64,000 nucleotides of DNA. It comes from Azolla caroliniana. Its lineage: Eukaryota; Plantae; Polypodiophyta. This document shows, one piece after another, positions 12,435-25,394 of this stretch (its first letter is position 1; each line of letters opens with the position of its first letter). The translations under genes were made by a program, and so were the position numbers. Under the pieces are notes generated by a model that did no database searches, was not told the DNA's origin, and saw nothing but the letters and a program-made list of their open reading frames with translations. The DNA lies in assembly GCA_043228905.1 (NCBI GenBank), contig JBHGNT010000006.1:20522001-20586000 (forward strand), read 5' to 3'.

Positions 12435-14352
12435 TGCATGCATGCATGTATTGTATTGTATTGTATAGCATTGGATGTATGTATGTATTGCATTGTATTG
12501 TTGTATGTATGTATGTATGTATGTATGTATGTATGCATGTATGTATTGTATTGTATTGTATTGTATTGTTGTATGTCTGTCTGTATGTGTATCTATGAAA
12601 TAAAAGAGAACTAGTAAACCAAGCATTGGGGAAGTTCATTTGATGAATAGTTAAGAGCACCCATTCTTTAGTTGATATCTCACTAGGCTTGGCTTCTTTC
12701 ATTTCATTTCATTTCCTGGGTTTAGGTTTATCTTCCTTTTCCTAGAAAACTATGGGATCAGGAAACTGGAGGCCTTTTTTGGTGTTTTGATCTCAGTCAT
12801 GGCAGTTTCTTTTGCTTGGATGTTTGGCAAAGCTCAACCAGATGCAAGAGACTTAGCTGTCGGTGAGTGTGGCATGTCCGTGTGCCCCAACTCTTACAGT
12901 TCCAACTATTTATTTTGTTTGAGATAATCTCAAAACAGTGACAAATGCTTCTTTCTTTCCTATGGCTATGCAGGTCTCATTGTTCCACGTATACCTTCGG
13001 TTGCGGTCAGCCAGGCTGTGGGAGTAGTGGGTGCGTTAATTATGCCGCATAACATTTTCCTTCACTCTGCATTAGTTCAATCGCGATCGATCAATATCTG
13101 TAGCAGCTCCCATGTGAACGAAGCCTTGCGATATTATACCATCGAATCTTGCGTGGCACTCTTCATTTCCTTCTTGATCAATCTGTTTGTCGTGTCAGTA
13201 TTTGCCAAGGCTTTCTTTGGGAGTGACATCGCAGAATCCATTGGTCTAGTCAATGCAGGAGAGTATCTTCAAGAGCAATATGGTGGTGGATATTTCCCAA
13301 TATTATACATTTGGGCCATTGGCCTATTAGCCGCGGGGCAGAGTAGTACAATGACAGGAACATATGCAGGGCAGTTTGTTATGGCTGGTTTCCTCAATTT
13401 GAAAGTGAAGAAATGGATGAGGGCCTTTGTCACGCGAGCAGTGGCGATTATTCCGACAGTGATAGTTGCCCTCATATTTAATGGCTCAGATGACGAGCTA
13501 GATCGACTGAATGAGTGGCTTAACATCCTTCAGTCAGTCCAATTGCCATTTGCATTAATTCCCCTCCTATCCATGGTATCAAAAGAGCATATCATGGGGG
13601 TATTTAAGATCGGACCTTTATTACAGGTATGTGCTGTTCTTATATACATTGTAGATCTGGTTAATTTGGTGATGATGAAGCACTAATAGTAATTGGGTGT
13701 AGTTCGGAAAATGTGGCCTATGACTCTGATGAGGTTTAGACTAGGAACTATGTATGATTTTGTGACTTCAATAAACCTGGGCCAAACCAGAACGCTAAAT
13801 ATGTTACGAATTGAGAAAGAAAGAAAGAAAGAAAGATATATTAACGTCTTCTAAGACCAAAATTGGCCCATGAGTCAATTGGTTTACAACAAAAATGGGG
13901 TATTTACCCATTCATGAGAGTTGGGGATTATTAGGGAGAATGAGGTGTTTGTAGATGCTGGAACCAGGACTTCCAATGCTCATACTCGAACTCGTGGGAT
14001 TCAATGTGTCCTACATTGGAAATGTTGTAGATTTGCCTTGCCATAGCCAGGTTTTTCATTCGCGAGATTTGCTGATTGAATTGAAGACACTCACAGTATG
14101 CTAATAGTTTTTTTGTTTTTTCTGTTGCAGGCTGTATCCTGGTTAATAGCTGCATTAGTTCTGACCATTAATGTCTATCTTCTTGTGGAGTTTTGTACGA
14201 CATACATTGCCGAAACAAATACTGTGATTTCAATTCTCGCAGTCCTGACCACATTGTATATATTGTTTATCGTTTACCTGATTGTACAATCACACTCCCA
14301 GAGCCGGATTCATCTAGCACTCAAGAAATGGATCCATAGCTTGCATCGGTAG
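11695..14352 (+). CDS. NRAMP: NRAMP-family divalent metal transporter (NRAMP2/3/4-like); exons 11695-12260, 12726-12862, 12974-13626, 14131-14352; ~525 aa
   Basis: Motifs [40 protein letters not shown] and [20 protein letters not shown] introns keep the frame (1578 nt total). Few introns, as in the NRAMP2-5 clade. Confidence 0.97.
12390..12596. repeat. (TATG)n/(TATTG)n microsatellite in NRAMP intron 1
   Basis: Seen directly; composition is the reverse complement of the 10700-11440 array. Confidence 0.9.
13812..13876 (-). mobile_element. Short LINE/SINE 3'-end fragment with (TTTC)n tail in NRAMP intron 3
   Basis: The minus strand CTCATGGGCCAATTTTGGTCTTAGAAGACGTTAATATATCTTTCTTTC resembles the LINE 3' end at ~54290-54350 and the copies at 51480-51693. 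Confidence 0.55.
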
Positions 14353-15640
14353 CTCCAATTTTGTGTAGAATTTCCAAATGTGAAGTTCATCAATTTGTTG
14401 GCTATAATCTTGATGAACCATTAATATGTCCAAATGTGAAGTTCTACTCGTACTTGTACTCTAAAATTAGACATCCCTTTCTTCAAACTTGTATAATAAT
14501 ATTGTGACAGCAATTATTTCATTTCGACATCCACAATTCGTTGCTACTAAAATTTATCTGCATTTTGTTAATAAACTCGATTACTATCATCCTTGATACC
14601 ACAATGTTAAGTAAGTTAGGAAACTATAGGTGAATGGGGAAAGTAGAAGCTCTAGCTTCAATGGGGTTTGGGACAAAAAGCAAAATTGTAACCAAATTTA
14701 AGTAAGGTTCTAGGGTTTTAGGGAAGGTTTTGGGAGATTGACAATTGTTAAGGTTTACTCTCAGCAAATGCATTATGACTCCACCTTTTATTATTATCAT
14801 ACATGCTTCTTTTTAGTCCATTAAGGTAATTCAACCAAATATGTTCGTAGTCTAATTGCACATCACACCTGATACAATTATTCCTACCATTTCGGCCTCC
14901 ATGACATTAGCTTTACATCTATTCTTGTGCATAACTTTCAAGTTGAATACTTCACTCGTAATTCCAGATTGTTTCTGATTTTATTTTCTTAGACATTGAG
15001 GGTTGACATACAACATGTTTATTTTTTATGGTCAACAAGATACTATGCATCAAGTGTCTCTTGATGATATTCCTTGACACACAATCTCATGAACTTCAAT
15101 TTACCAAACAAAGGTGCTTGTATGTCATTCAACACAACCACATAAGGAGCATATCTCTCTCTCAGTGTTACATTTGTAATTGATGTAATATACTTGATTA
15201 TACGATAATGATCTTCTTAATTTGTATAATAATGGCTGATAATAATTATAATATTGTTCAAGTAATAATAATAAAAAGTATCCCTAAGAAGTTAATCAAA
15301 TCCTAGTCTATGTAAGTAGGGAGGTTGGGATGATGAAAACAAAAACCTTGGCCAATGTGAGAAGCGTGCATGACAAAGGAAAAGAGGCCAATAAAACATT
15401 GCCGGAAGTTGAGCTTGGTCTGGAGAGAGTCATATTTGGCGTTGTTGAGGGAGATGTACCCAGTACAATAAAGAGGGGCCTCATAGGCCTATGCAACATT
15501 GGTACCATCATCGGAGGTAGATGTCAATGGGGTACCCCAAGCAAGGTATACATAAAGGAGTCCTTGGGAGGAGATGAACACGCTAACATTTTTTAGCAGG
15601 AGTCCCAAGTACACATGGGGACTTGGGGACTAGACCTAGG

Positions 15641-15936
15641 AATCGACAATGGTTCGATTTCAGCTTAACCTGTTTGGCCTTGTCCAAACCAAACCGGTTT
15701 GAGAACTTCAACCAAACAGATTCCTAAACCAGTTAAGGCTTAACCAATTTGCCTAACTAGTTTGAGAGTTTTCAAACTTGAACCGGTTCCTAAATTGGTC
15801 AAGCCTTAACTCGTTTGGTCAAACCATTTAAGCATTAACCGAGTTGGCCCTAAATGGTTCTTCTGGCTTGAGCCTTGCCAAACCTAGTTCAAACCGGTTA
15901 AGGAACCTCAAGCTTGAGCTGAGCCATTGCTGACTT
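15641..15936. mobile_element. MITE-like element with imperfect terminal inverted repeats
   Basis: AATCGACAATGGTTCGATTTCAGCTT pairs imperfectly with AAGCTTGAGCTGAGCCATTGCTGACTT; internal AACCGGTT-type repeats. Confidence 0.5.
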
Positions 15937-15975
15937 GAGAGAGAGAGAGAGAGAGAGATAGATCATCGGGAATGC

Positions 15976-17090
15976 TAGCAATTGGCATGGTTCGGTTTCT
16001 TGGCCTTGAAACCAAACCATTTATTTATATGAAAAACCAAATCAAACTGTTTAAATTTTATGAAGCCATTTAAACCAAACCGTTTATGGAAAATTTAGAA
16101 CCAAACCAAATCGGTTTATCATAAATCAAAACCAAACCAAACCAATAAACTGATAAACCTTTAAACCAAACCACATAAGTCGAAATTGCTAAACTGTGAA
16201 ATTCAAATCCAAACTGAACTGAAACCAAACCAAGGCCCGAACCCGTCTACGATAAGCCAAAGTAAAGGTAGATGAAATTCGCCTAATTGGACTTGCACAA
16301 TTGGACAAGGAACAACGAGATCTCGTTGATGCAACTGCGAACCCGCTCCTCCCATCGCTGAAAGATGAGCAAAGAATCTCGTTACATAAAATCAGAGGCT
16401 ATTTGGAATACCCGGTAGGTTCGGTGGAATACTAGAGAGTTCTTCCCGTCGAGTGTTATTCCTATGTCTAAGTCCGAGATCGAATTCGATAGTTGGGATT
16501 AAATAGATGGTTTAGAAGACCTCTGTCCTATCCATTAGATGATGGACACACTTTTCTATCTGGTCGATAGTCAACTATCAAGAAGCTGGGAAATCTTTCC
16601 AGAGGTTTTCTAGAACTTTGTTTGTTTGAAAAGTTTTGTCCTTATCATCGTCCTTCGAAAAGCAATTCTATTTCTTAATTGTGAAGCAACGTGTTCCGCT
16701 AGGATCTTTGGTTCCCCGTACGTGATTGCGGTAGAAACGATATCGTTAGTTGTCAGATGCCAATCAATAGTTATTAATATTAAAAGTATTCATCACGTGT
16801 TTAACAACTGAGTGATAATTTAGTCTACTCCAAGTGAGATAGAGACATATAGATTGAGTGAAAGGTAATGGAGAGTAATTCCATGCAACTCAACGCACCT
16901 GATGAGTTGTACTATACGTCAACCCAAACAACATCCTCCTCCCCAGGTAGACGAAAGGACACTTTTGGAACAAACCGGATCATAATATCTGAAACCAAAC
17001 CAAACGGTTTATTTATCTTTCAACCAATAAACCGTTAAGCCATGGCTTATCGGTTCGGTTCGGTTCAAGCCGAAACAGTGCCCATTGCTA
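15976..17090. mobile_element. Non-autonomous hAT-like DNA transposon just upstream of the PPR gene
   Basis: TIRs TAGCAATTGGCA...TGCCCATTGCTA; 8-bp flanks GGGAATGC and GGGAATAA (6/8 match); many subterminal AAACCAAACC/AACCG motifs. Confidence 0.7.
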
Positions 17091-17255
17091 GGGAATAATG
17101 CTATAAGAGCATTGAAATTTGAGAGTGAGAGGGAGGAGTCTCTCCTCTATACTCTGAAGGGAGAGGCAGAGGAAGCTGACAGGTTCAAAACAAGGAGTGG
17201 AAAAAGCACACAGGGATAAAGCCAGAGACCAACAACTCATATATTGACCCGGGGA

Positions 17256-19777
17256 ATGCCTTCCACAGCTGCCTTATGCAGCAATTTGAAGAGCAGGAGT
17301 AGTAATGCATGGAAGGAAATGAAGTTGGCTTTGTGTAAGCCCGATGCTATTGGTCCCCATCAAAGCTTTCACCTTTCTGCCCTCCGAGATGCTTTGCGAG
17401 GCCTCGATCGCCATGTTGCTCGGCCTGACCACAACACCTTTGCCCTGCTCCTTGAACAATGCTGCAAGCTAAAAGCCCTCGGCGAAGGTAAACGAGTTCA
17501 TGCACACATGTCACGACTCCGCCTCGACAACAACACTTTCCTTTCCAATTTCCTCATCAGTATGTATGGCAAATGTGGTAGTGTTGTCGACTCCCGGCTT
17601 GTGTTTGATACTATGCCTCGCAGGTAGGGGAATAATGTTCGTACTAACGTTTTGGCAATTGTTTTATGATCGATGTTTCAAAATATTCACCATTTTCTTA
17701 TGAATTTACGAGCAGTATGATCAGATTGGTATTTCATTCCGTGGTGGGTGGAATTGTTTTGTGTAGTTTTTAGGAGTAATGTTTTCAAAAGAGACATCAA
17801 GCTTACAAAATCCTTAAATTGTTTTGGAAGGTTGGCCTAAAGTTTCCAAAAAACTTGAGCATTTCCTTGTGATATTTCTCAGAAATAAGCTAAATGTTCT
17901 GGAAAGTTACAACATTAGTTCAACATTTCTATTCACTCACAGCTTCATTAGCTATAAGTCTGCTTGTCATTTATACGTTGGGAGATGGGGGAGTTCCTAA
18001 TGTCTACCTTGATCTGATTCACAGGAATGTGGTATCCTGGAATGCCATGATCTCAGTATATGCTGAACATGGACAAGGGAAGAAGGCATTACGGCTTGTT
18101 CAGCAAATGCTGGAGCAGGAGGAGGGTATGCAACCCAAAAAGAGCACTTACCTCTCAGCACTGAATGGCTGTGTTAGTCCTGAGATTTTGCCAGCACTCC
18201 GGGTTTTACATGAAAGTGTCGAGAATGGTGGATATGAGAAGGACTTAGTTATTGGGAATGCACTCATTAATGCCTATGGTAAATGTGGCAGTCCAACCGA
18301 AGCATGCAAGATGTTTCGAGAGATGAAAGTACGGGATATTATCACATGGAACTCAATGATTGCTGCCTTTGCCCAAAATGGGCATGGAAAAGACGCCCTC
18401 AGGCTATTCTATCGGATGAAGGCAAAAAACCTGGATCCTGATAAAGTTAGCTTTGTCAATCTTCTCTCTGGATGTACAAATGAAACCCACCTTGGAATAG
18501 GCAGAACAATCTATGAGCTCATTAAAGAGTATGGATATGAATGTGATGTCTTTGTCGGTACTGCCCTTATCACTATGTTTGGTAAATGTGGGTCAGTAGA
18601 GGAAGCTTATAAAAGCTTCGAAAGCATAAAGCGCCGCACCGTAGTCTCTTGGAATGCCATGATTGTGGCATATGTACAATGTGGTTGCAAGAAGGAAGCC
18701 ATTGGACTCTTCCAAAGGATGAAGAAAGAGCTTGTGAAACCTGATAAAGTTACCTTTGTTACCGCACTCGATGCTTGTACAGACCCTGCAGACTTAGAGG
18801 TGGGCAGAGGTGTCCATTCCTATGCTAGGGAATGCAAACTGGATGGTGATGTTCGGGTAAGGAGTGCACTTGTTAACATGTATGGTAACTGTGGGTGTCT
18901 TCAAGCGGCAGTCTGTGTTTTTAGGACTATCCAACCACCTGATTTAGTCTCATGGACTGCAATGATTGGAGCTTATGCTCATCTTGGGCATGGCGAGGAA
19001 GCTTTCGAACACTTCGTTAAAATGCATCAAGAGGGTATGAAACCAAACCAGGTTACTTATATAAATCTTCTCTCTGCATGTGCACTTCTGTGTGCTTTTG
19101 TGGAGGGTAAAATAATCCATGCCTGTCTCATCGAAGGGGGCTTCGATTCATTTTTAGAGGTGGCCAATGCATTGATCAACATGTATTCGAAGTGTGGCAG
19201 TGTTTATGATGCGCGGAAGGTCTTCAATAACTTACCTAATAAAAATGTGGTTTCATGGACCTCCATGCTTGATACTTATTCTTCTCATGGTTATGGGAAG
19301 GATGCACTTCAGGTATTCAGACACATGCAACAAGATGGCATAAAGCCAGATGACGTGACCTTTGTTAGTGTTCTTACAGCATGTAGCCATTCAGGTATGT
19401 TACAGGAGGCACGAGAGACATTCTTTTCTATGAGCTTAGAACATGGTATCATGCCAAAGTCTAGCCATTATGCTTGCATGATTGACATGTTTGCTCGAGT
19501 AGGAAGACTCGACGAAGCAGAACGTTTTATTAGCAACATGCCTTTTAAATGTGGAGTTGTGGAGTGGATGGCCTTGCTTGGTGCATGCAAAAGCTGTGGT
19601 GATGTTCATCGAGCTGAACGTGCAGCTGAGCAGGTCATTGCTTTGGATCCTCGGTGCTCTGGAGCCTATATCAGTTTATGGAATATATATACAGAGAACG
19701 GTAGGTTGGATGATGCAGCCCGATTGAGAACTTTGATGATGAAACATGGTGTCAAGATTGATCTCGATCACAAATGA
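17256..19777 (+). CDS. PLS-class pentatricopeptide repeat protein with E1/E2 extension and no DYW domain; exons 17256-17623 and 18025-19777; ~706 aa
   Basis: Repeated VVSWNAMI / VTFV..L.AC / NALI.MY.KCG triplets, HYACMIDMFARVGRLDEA (S2), W.ALLGACK (E1). The GT-AG intron rejoins DTMPR-R-NVVSW in frame. Probable organellar RNA-editing specificity factor. Confidence 0.93.
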
Positions 19778-21646
19778 TGTGGGAACATCGAATATAAATC
19801 ATAACCACATGAAAACAGAAGCATGAAATGCCTGCTTGAGGATTGGCAGTTCCATTGTGATACAAAATATGTGGAGAATTCAGGAGTTGGTTACCCATGC
19901 GAGGATTGAGTGACTCAGGTACTCAAAGTGGTCGGTGTTCAAAGTTGTAACTTGGATATTATCTATATCTTGAAGAGTTTGGAAAGCACAGTTGAAAAGT
20001 GATATTAAGATCATTGATATAATGTACTTCAATGAGCTTTTGCTGAGGATTTACTGCTGTTAATGGAATGAATTTCCGAATTGCCTCAATGAGTTACGGT
20101 GATGGGTGGCAAGGACCGGCTAGTTGTAACAAGTAAACTAATCAGAGGAATATGAAACAATATAAGTTGATAGGCATGCATATTCATTGAATGATTAATG
20201 ATGATAAAGCAACGTGACAACCAATTTCAATTTATCTTCATTGAATGATTAATGATGATAAACCAATGAAACCAAGAGTTTTTGGGTTTGATAAACCAAC
20301 AACCAAAATTATTAATGAAAAATGCCAAAGAGTTGAGCATTATAAAGCAAGTCTTGCCTTTACATGCAAAGTCGTATCATGAAATATCTTTTCAATGGGG
20401 TTTCTTCATATGATAAACTTATTTAAATTGAGAGGGAAACAAAACACTCATTAGAGCAAGAAAAGGAGAAGGATATGCTGCAATAAATTTTTTGTTGATA
20501 GTTTGAAAAAGGTATGATCTTTTTCCCTTTGGACAAGTGAACAACTAAATTACATGGAATGAATTAAAGGATAAAGTTATCCTGTTGTATATTCTAAGGA
20601 GTACGAAACAACATAATAATGGCCATCTTGAAAGTAAAAAAATTGGGTGTTTGGAAATATCAATGGACATGGAACAAGTTAAATACAAGAATCCTTTTCA
20701 AATAAGTGGTATATGTTGGGGATATTCAAGAGCCATGTAAAATCCATCATGGTTATGATGCATATAGTCTATAGCAAGGTGGATACTTACTACAAAGTAA
20801 GTGTTTTGAAGGGGCATCTTGCAAGAATAGCTTCCAAATTTGGGTGTTGATGAAAGTAATGACTCCTATTTCTGCATGCCGACGGTGTGATATATCTCCA
20901 TCGAAAAGTATCCCAAGTGTGGTGGGATTATAGTAAACAAAGCTAATAGACCAAAAATAAATTTCAGGACCCTTTATATCAGCTCTCAATTTTGAAGCTA
21001 ATCAACTAAAATCTAACCTTGACGTATATATATCCATCCATCCTTAAAAACTTTACTATGAGGTATCCAACATCTAGGAAACTTGAGGGGATGATGCACT
21101 AAAAGACTCTCCATATATCCAACCCTCAAGGATAGGCATGTGTCATTTGTACTTCCTATAAAGTGTTATTTGTGTCTCTATTCGTTAAATCATATGCTAT
21201 TATACTCTTTCAACATCAATAACACCTTCGTTTTTTTTTCGCGGCATTGAAGCATGAATGCCCAATAAATTTGTCTACTTCTGATTCGCCTTGTTCAAAA
21301 TGGATGCAATTTGACACAAAAACCCTTTGCTTAACATTTGCTCGGCAATCCGACCGACTAGGTTCCTTCCGACTCATGTAGCCAGAGCTCTCTCTATATA
21401 TATGTCATCATTGAAGGACATAAGAGGAGAAAGAATGTCAAGTGATGGAGGCTGTAGGAAAAGATACAGAAATGGCCGGAGCTAATACATGGTGTTGAGA
21501 GCCTAGAGAGCTGAGTGTAGACGAGAGATCTTTTGTTTGTGCATGTGTGTCAAAGCCTCTCGAGAGGTAGAGGATTCCCAGACCAGATCGAAGCAGAGGC
21601 TGTCGAATCAAAAGGTGAGTCCCACGACCCCCCCTCTGTTTCTGTA

Positions 21647-22138
21647 TTGCTTCAGATCCGGATGTTTTACAAATCTGTGTCTTATTTGTTGAATTCTGTT
21701 CCACGTTTGTGTGTGCTATATCAATATATATATTTGATGACTTACAGAGCATGCGAATGACCCGAACCATTGCATATCTATATCGTTCGCATGATATAAA
21801 ATATGCAAACCTGTGTTTGCTTCAAATCCGGGTGTTTTACAAATCTGTGTCTTATTTGTTGAATTCTGTTCCATGTGTGTGTGTGTGTGCTGTATGGGTA
21901 TATATATTTGATGATTTGCAGGGCATGCGAATGACCCGAACCATTGCATATCTATATCATTTGCATGATATAAAAATGCAAACCTGTGTTGCTTCAGATC
22001 CGGATGTTTTACAAATCTGTGTCTTATTTGTTGAATTCTGTTCCGTGTGTGTGTGTGCTGTATCGATATATATATTTGATGACTTACAGAGCATGTGAAT
22101 GAGCCGAACCATTGCATATGTATATCATTTGCATGCTA
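21647..22138. repeat. ~171-bp tandem repeat, about 3 copies, in the putative OST4 5'-UTR intron
   Basis: TTGCTTCA(G/A)ATCCGG(A/G)TGTTTTACAAATCTGTGTCTTATTTGTTGAATTCTGTTCC recurs at ~21647, ~21817 and ~21989. Confidence 0.9.
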
Positions 22139-22789
22139 TGTAAGTCATCAAACAAGGCGTGTATGTGTTGGATTTGTTGTATCCTGAATCACTTGCTTAG
22201 CAAGGGACAGGATTGATCCATGCTCAGAGATCATCATCATCATCATGAGAGGTTTCTGAGAAACCCTTTCTTTATTTTCGTTTTGTGTCGCCTTGGAAGT
22301 AGTATGCTGATGCACTGTTACCCTCTCGGCTGACGATAATGTATATCTTTTTATATATAAGATTCTTCCATCATTGTATATGGTAATGAGAAGGGAAGTA
22401 AATTATGATTTTACGGTGAGATGCAGTGCCACAGCCATAGATTTTCTTATTTGGGAATGATCCTGTGGTAACACTGTATAGAGTTTTCCTGAACAAGAGA
22501 GATGGGGAAACGCAAGGCTAAAACATGTAGAAATATCGAGCTCAAATGACAACACATGTATATATAGCTTCCACATAGACAATGTTCATAGTTCATAGTT
22601 GAAAACTACATCACAAATAAAAAAACACTGGCTGCAGTATGCTGGAGTAAAGATGAAGAGGAAAAGCTTGTCAAAAGGCTGACCAAAATTTTGAAAAAGC
22701 TCAGTTGTGAAACCATGTATGATATGCCTGCAGTATGTACCTGCACAAGTATGTTAGGTTTACATCAATTCACTATTATCGTGACTTCA

Positions 22790-22821
<32 letters not shown>

Positions 22822-22870
22822 GTATGTATGTATCCTACATTCACTAATTAAATTTTTGCTTTTGGCACAG

Positions 22871-22978
22871 ATGATTGACGATCAGGAACTTGGTTTCTTT
22901 GCAAATTTCTTGGGAATATTCATCTTTGTACTAGTAGTTGCTTATCATTATGCTGTAGCAGATCCCAAGTATGAGTGA
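22871..22978 (+). CDS. OST4: Oligosaccharyltransferase 4-kDa subunit OST4 (35 aa)
   Basis: [35 protein letters not shown] closely matches plant OST4. The ATG lies directly after a 3' acceptor (TTTTGGCACAG|ATG); probable 5'-UTR intron donor AAAG|GTGAGT at 21615. Confidence 0.95.
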   Translation: MIDDQELGFFANFLGIFIFVLVVAYHYAVADPKYE

Positions 22979-25394
22979 ATACCAGCAGAGAACTTTTGCT
23001 GGAGCATCTCAAATATTTTGCAATCATGTAGTTAAATTTCAACAGATACACTCTTCTAGAGTTTTACAAGCTTCCTAAAATGTAAAGTGGGAAGAGTGAT
23101 TTGAAAACATTTTCTTCAATGATTGAACTAGAACTTATGAATGTTGCCATTTTTTCTTAATGTGGCGTATAGTCAATAAAGATCTCTTAGGAATGCAATC
23201 ACATGTTCAGATGTGATGTTTCAAATGTAAAGAGTGATGATTATTCAACTTGTTAAGATGCTTACTTTTGCAGTTAGTGATGTTCATGTAGTCTTGCCTA
23301 TTTCTGGAGGTGGGGATGAAATTGTCAAACGATTCTTCAAATACATGGATATGGACTTTGCTACTAAGATTGAGTATTTTTAACATTTGCTTGAGTGAGA
23401 ATCATTACACAATTTGACAAACTTATGCCAACTCTCCTGTTGTATGTGTAGATCATAAATGTCTTGGGATTACTTTTTGGAGGTATTTGATTAAAATCCC
23501 TAATTGATTCGTTGTCTTGTAAACTAGTTATGATGTATATATTCACATGCACTTGACACATTCATAGCTTCACCTTATTGGCTTGCCCAAGCACATCTCA
23601 TAATTCAAAAACCTATAACTTAAAAGAACAATATATGAAGAGGCAAAGTGAATATTGTTTCTGCCTATTACCTTATCTTACATTTAATCCATTAAAGAAA
23701 AACATGAATCGAGAGTAATGATAAGCAAGTTTTCTCATTATGACGAGTTTCTATAAGCCGAAAAACCAATTTTAAATCCATGCGAGAAAAAAGTTGTATA
23801 TACCACAGCTTTAGCGTAGATTTGTACAATGGGACGCTCCGTTTCTATTTCTTTCATTGAGCAAGTTGATAAAGATAAAAATCGACTTTACTCATAATCA
23901 TTCACTACATGAGCCATCTTCATCTGCGTTTGCAATTTCAGATAGTCTTGTTATTTTCCTGTCACAATTTCATTCCTTCACTACATGGAAGTGAGTGATA
24001 TTAAAATGGCACAAGACGCTCATTTTCACCTACAGCGATTAGCAACATGCCACCAACAGTAGAGAAACTTAAACACTATCATACGTGGATAAGGAAAGTG
24101 ATTGTTAATGGTAGAAATGAAAGGTTGAATGTAAGTTCAGTACTAACTAATTTACTAGAGGGTATGAATTAACTCCTGATAGGAGACCAGAAAAGTTGCC
24201 CAAATTCAGCTAAAATTCCAATGGTCTAGGTTTATTTTCAAACGCTTATGATCATAATTAATATGTACGCACAGAACTCATCAACTTCAACTTGCATAGC
24301 ATGGTTGAAAGATTATCAAATCGCTATGCACAACCTCATAAATAGAACCAATGAACCATATTTCTTTCCATCACTTCCACAAAACAGTGGTCTATCCAAA
24401 CACTTGGCTTAATCATAATTTAGATGCCAGCATACAAAACAGATGTTCTTAATTTGGAAGCTCAATTAACAGATCTTGCACCTTAAAGCTTACCTCGCGT
24501 TCATTCAAAAAATTAAGAGTCCACTTGCTCCTTTGAATAATGAGAAAAGTCATGAAAAGGGCTCACCCAAAACTCATTTAGAAATCAAGCAATTTAATTA
24601 GAGATCTTTGTCCTATTTATAGATAAGCTTGTCACAAAACTACCATTGTTTTGGTTCAATATTACTATGTTGTCGATGGCTATTTAGGTAAGGTTGCCCC
24701 AAAACTAATCATTCTGGTTTCACATAGCCATGTTGCAAATGGCTACCCAAGAAACAGACAGAATGTACAATTTTGCATACAGATAAAAAAATCCAGCTTT
24801 CACCTGCAGGTAAAGCTACTTGACAGTTGTTCAATGGTGGCAGTCCAGATTTTCGACTATTGTCAGGCAACTTTAGTAAGCTCAAAATATCATCTGTAAC
24901 TCTCAAAAATAAAAAAATTAAACAAATCTACAGAAAGATGTGTAAATAGCTGAGGATAATGAAAATACTACAAACCTCCATTATGCAGCAGGTGGTTGCA
25001 AGCTCCCTTTACTTTGTTTTATGAAGTGCATTACATGATTATCTTCAAATCCTCTATGTTCATAGCTAAGCATCACAAACATTCAACAAATGCATGACAT
25101 TAGGATGCTGACATTCACAGAATATATGATACAACTTACAGCTAGCATAAATTAAATGATCCATAAGAAAATGTTATGCTAGCACATTTATAATGTTAAG
25201 TTTCAGGATCATTTAATATAAACATTGTTCTGATCCCTGTCATCTTCCTTTCATGCTCCAGTAGGGAGAGAGTTCCATGAGGTGTAATAATGTGGCATTG
25301 TTTTACACGTTTCCCAATGAAACTTTCCTTATCCAATAAAGAAATAATGAAAATATGAAACTAGAAATATTTTTCATGTGCAAGTATACTGTAC

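Noticed and set aside
17894-18024. Hydrophobic signal-like N-terminus of the 627-aa PPR ORF
   Set aside because: It is intron sequence; splicing 17623 to 18025 restores the PPR register.
21647-22138. CRISPR-like appearance of regular repeats (also 55173-55660)
   Set aside because: Whole units are repeated with no unique spacers, there are no cas genes, and the context is eukaryotic.
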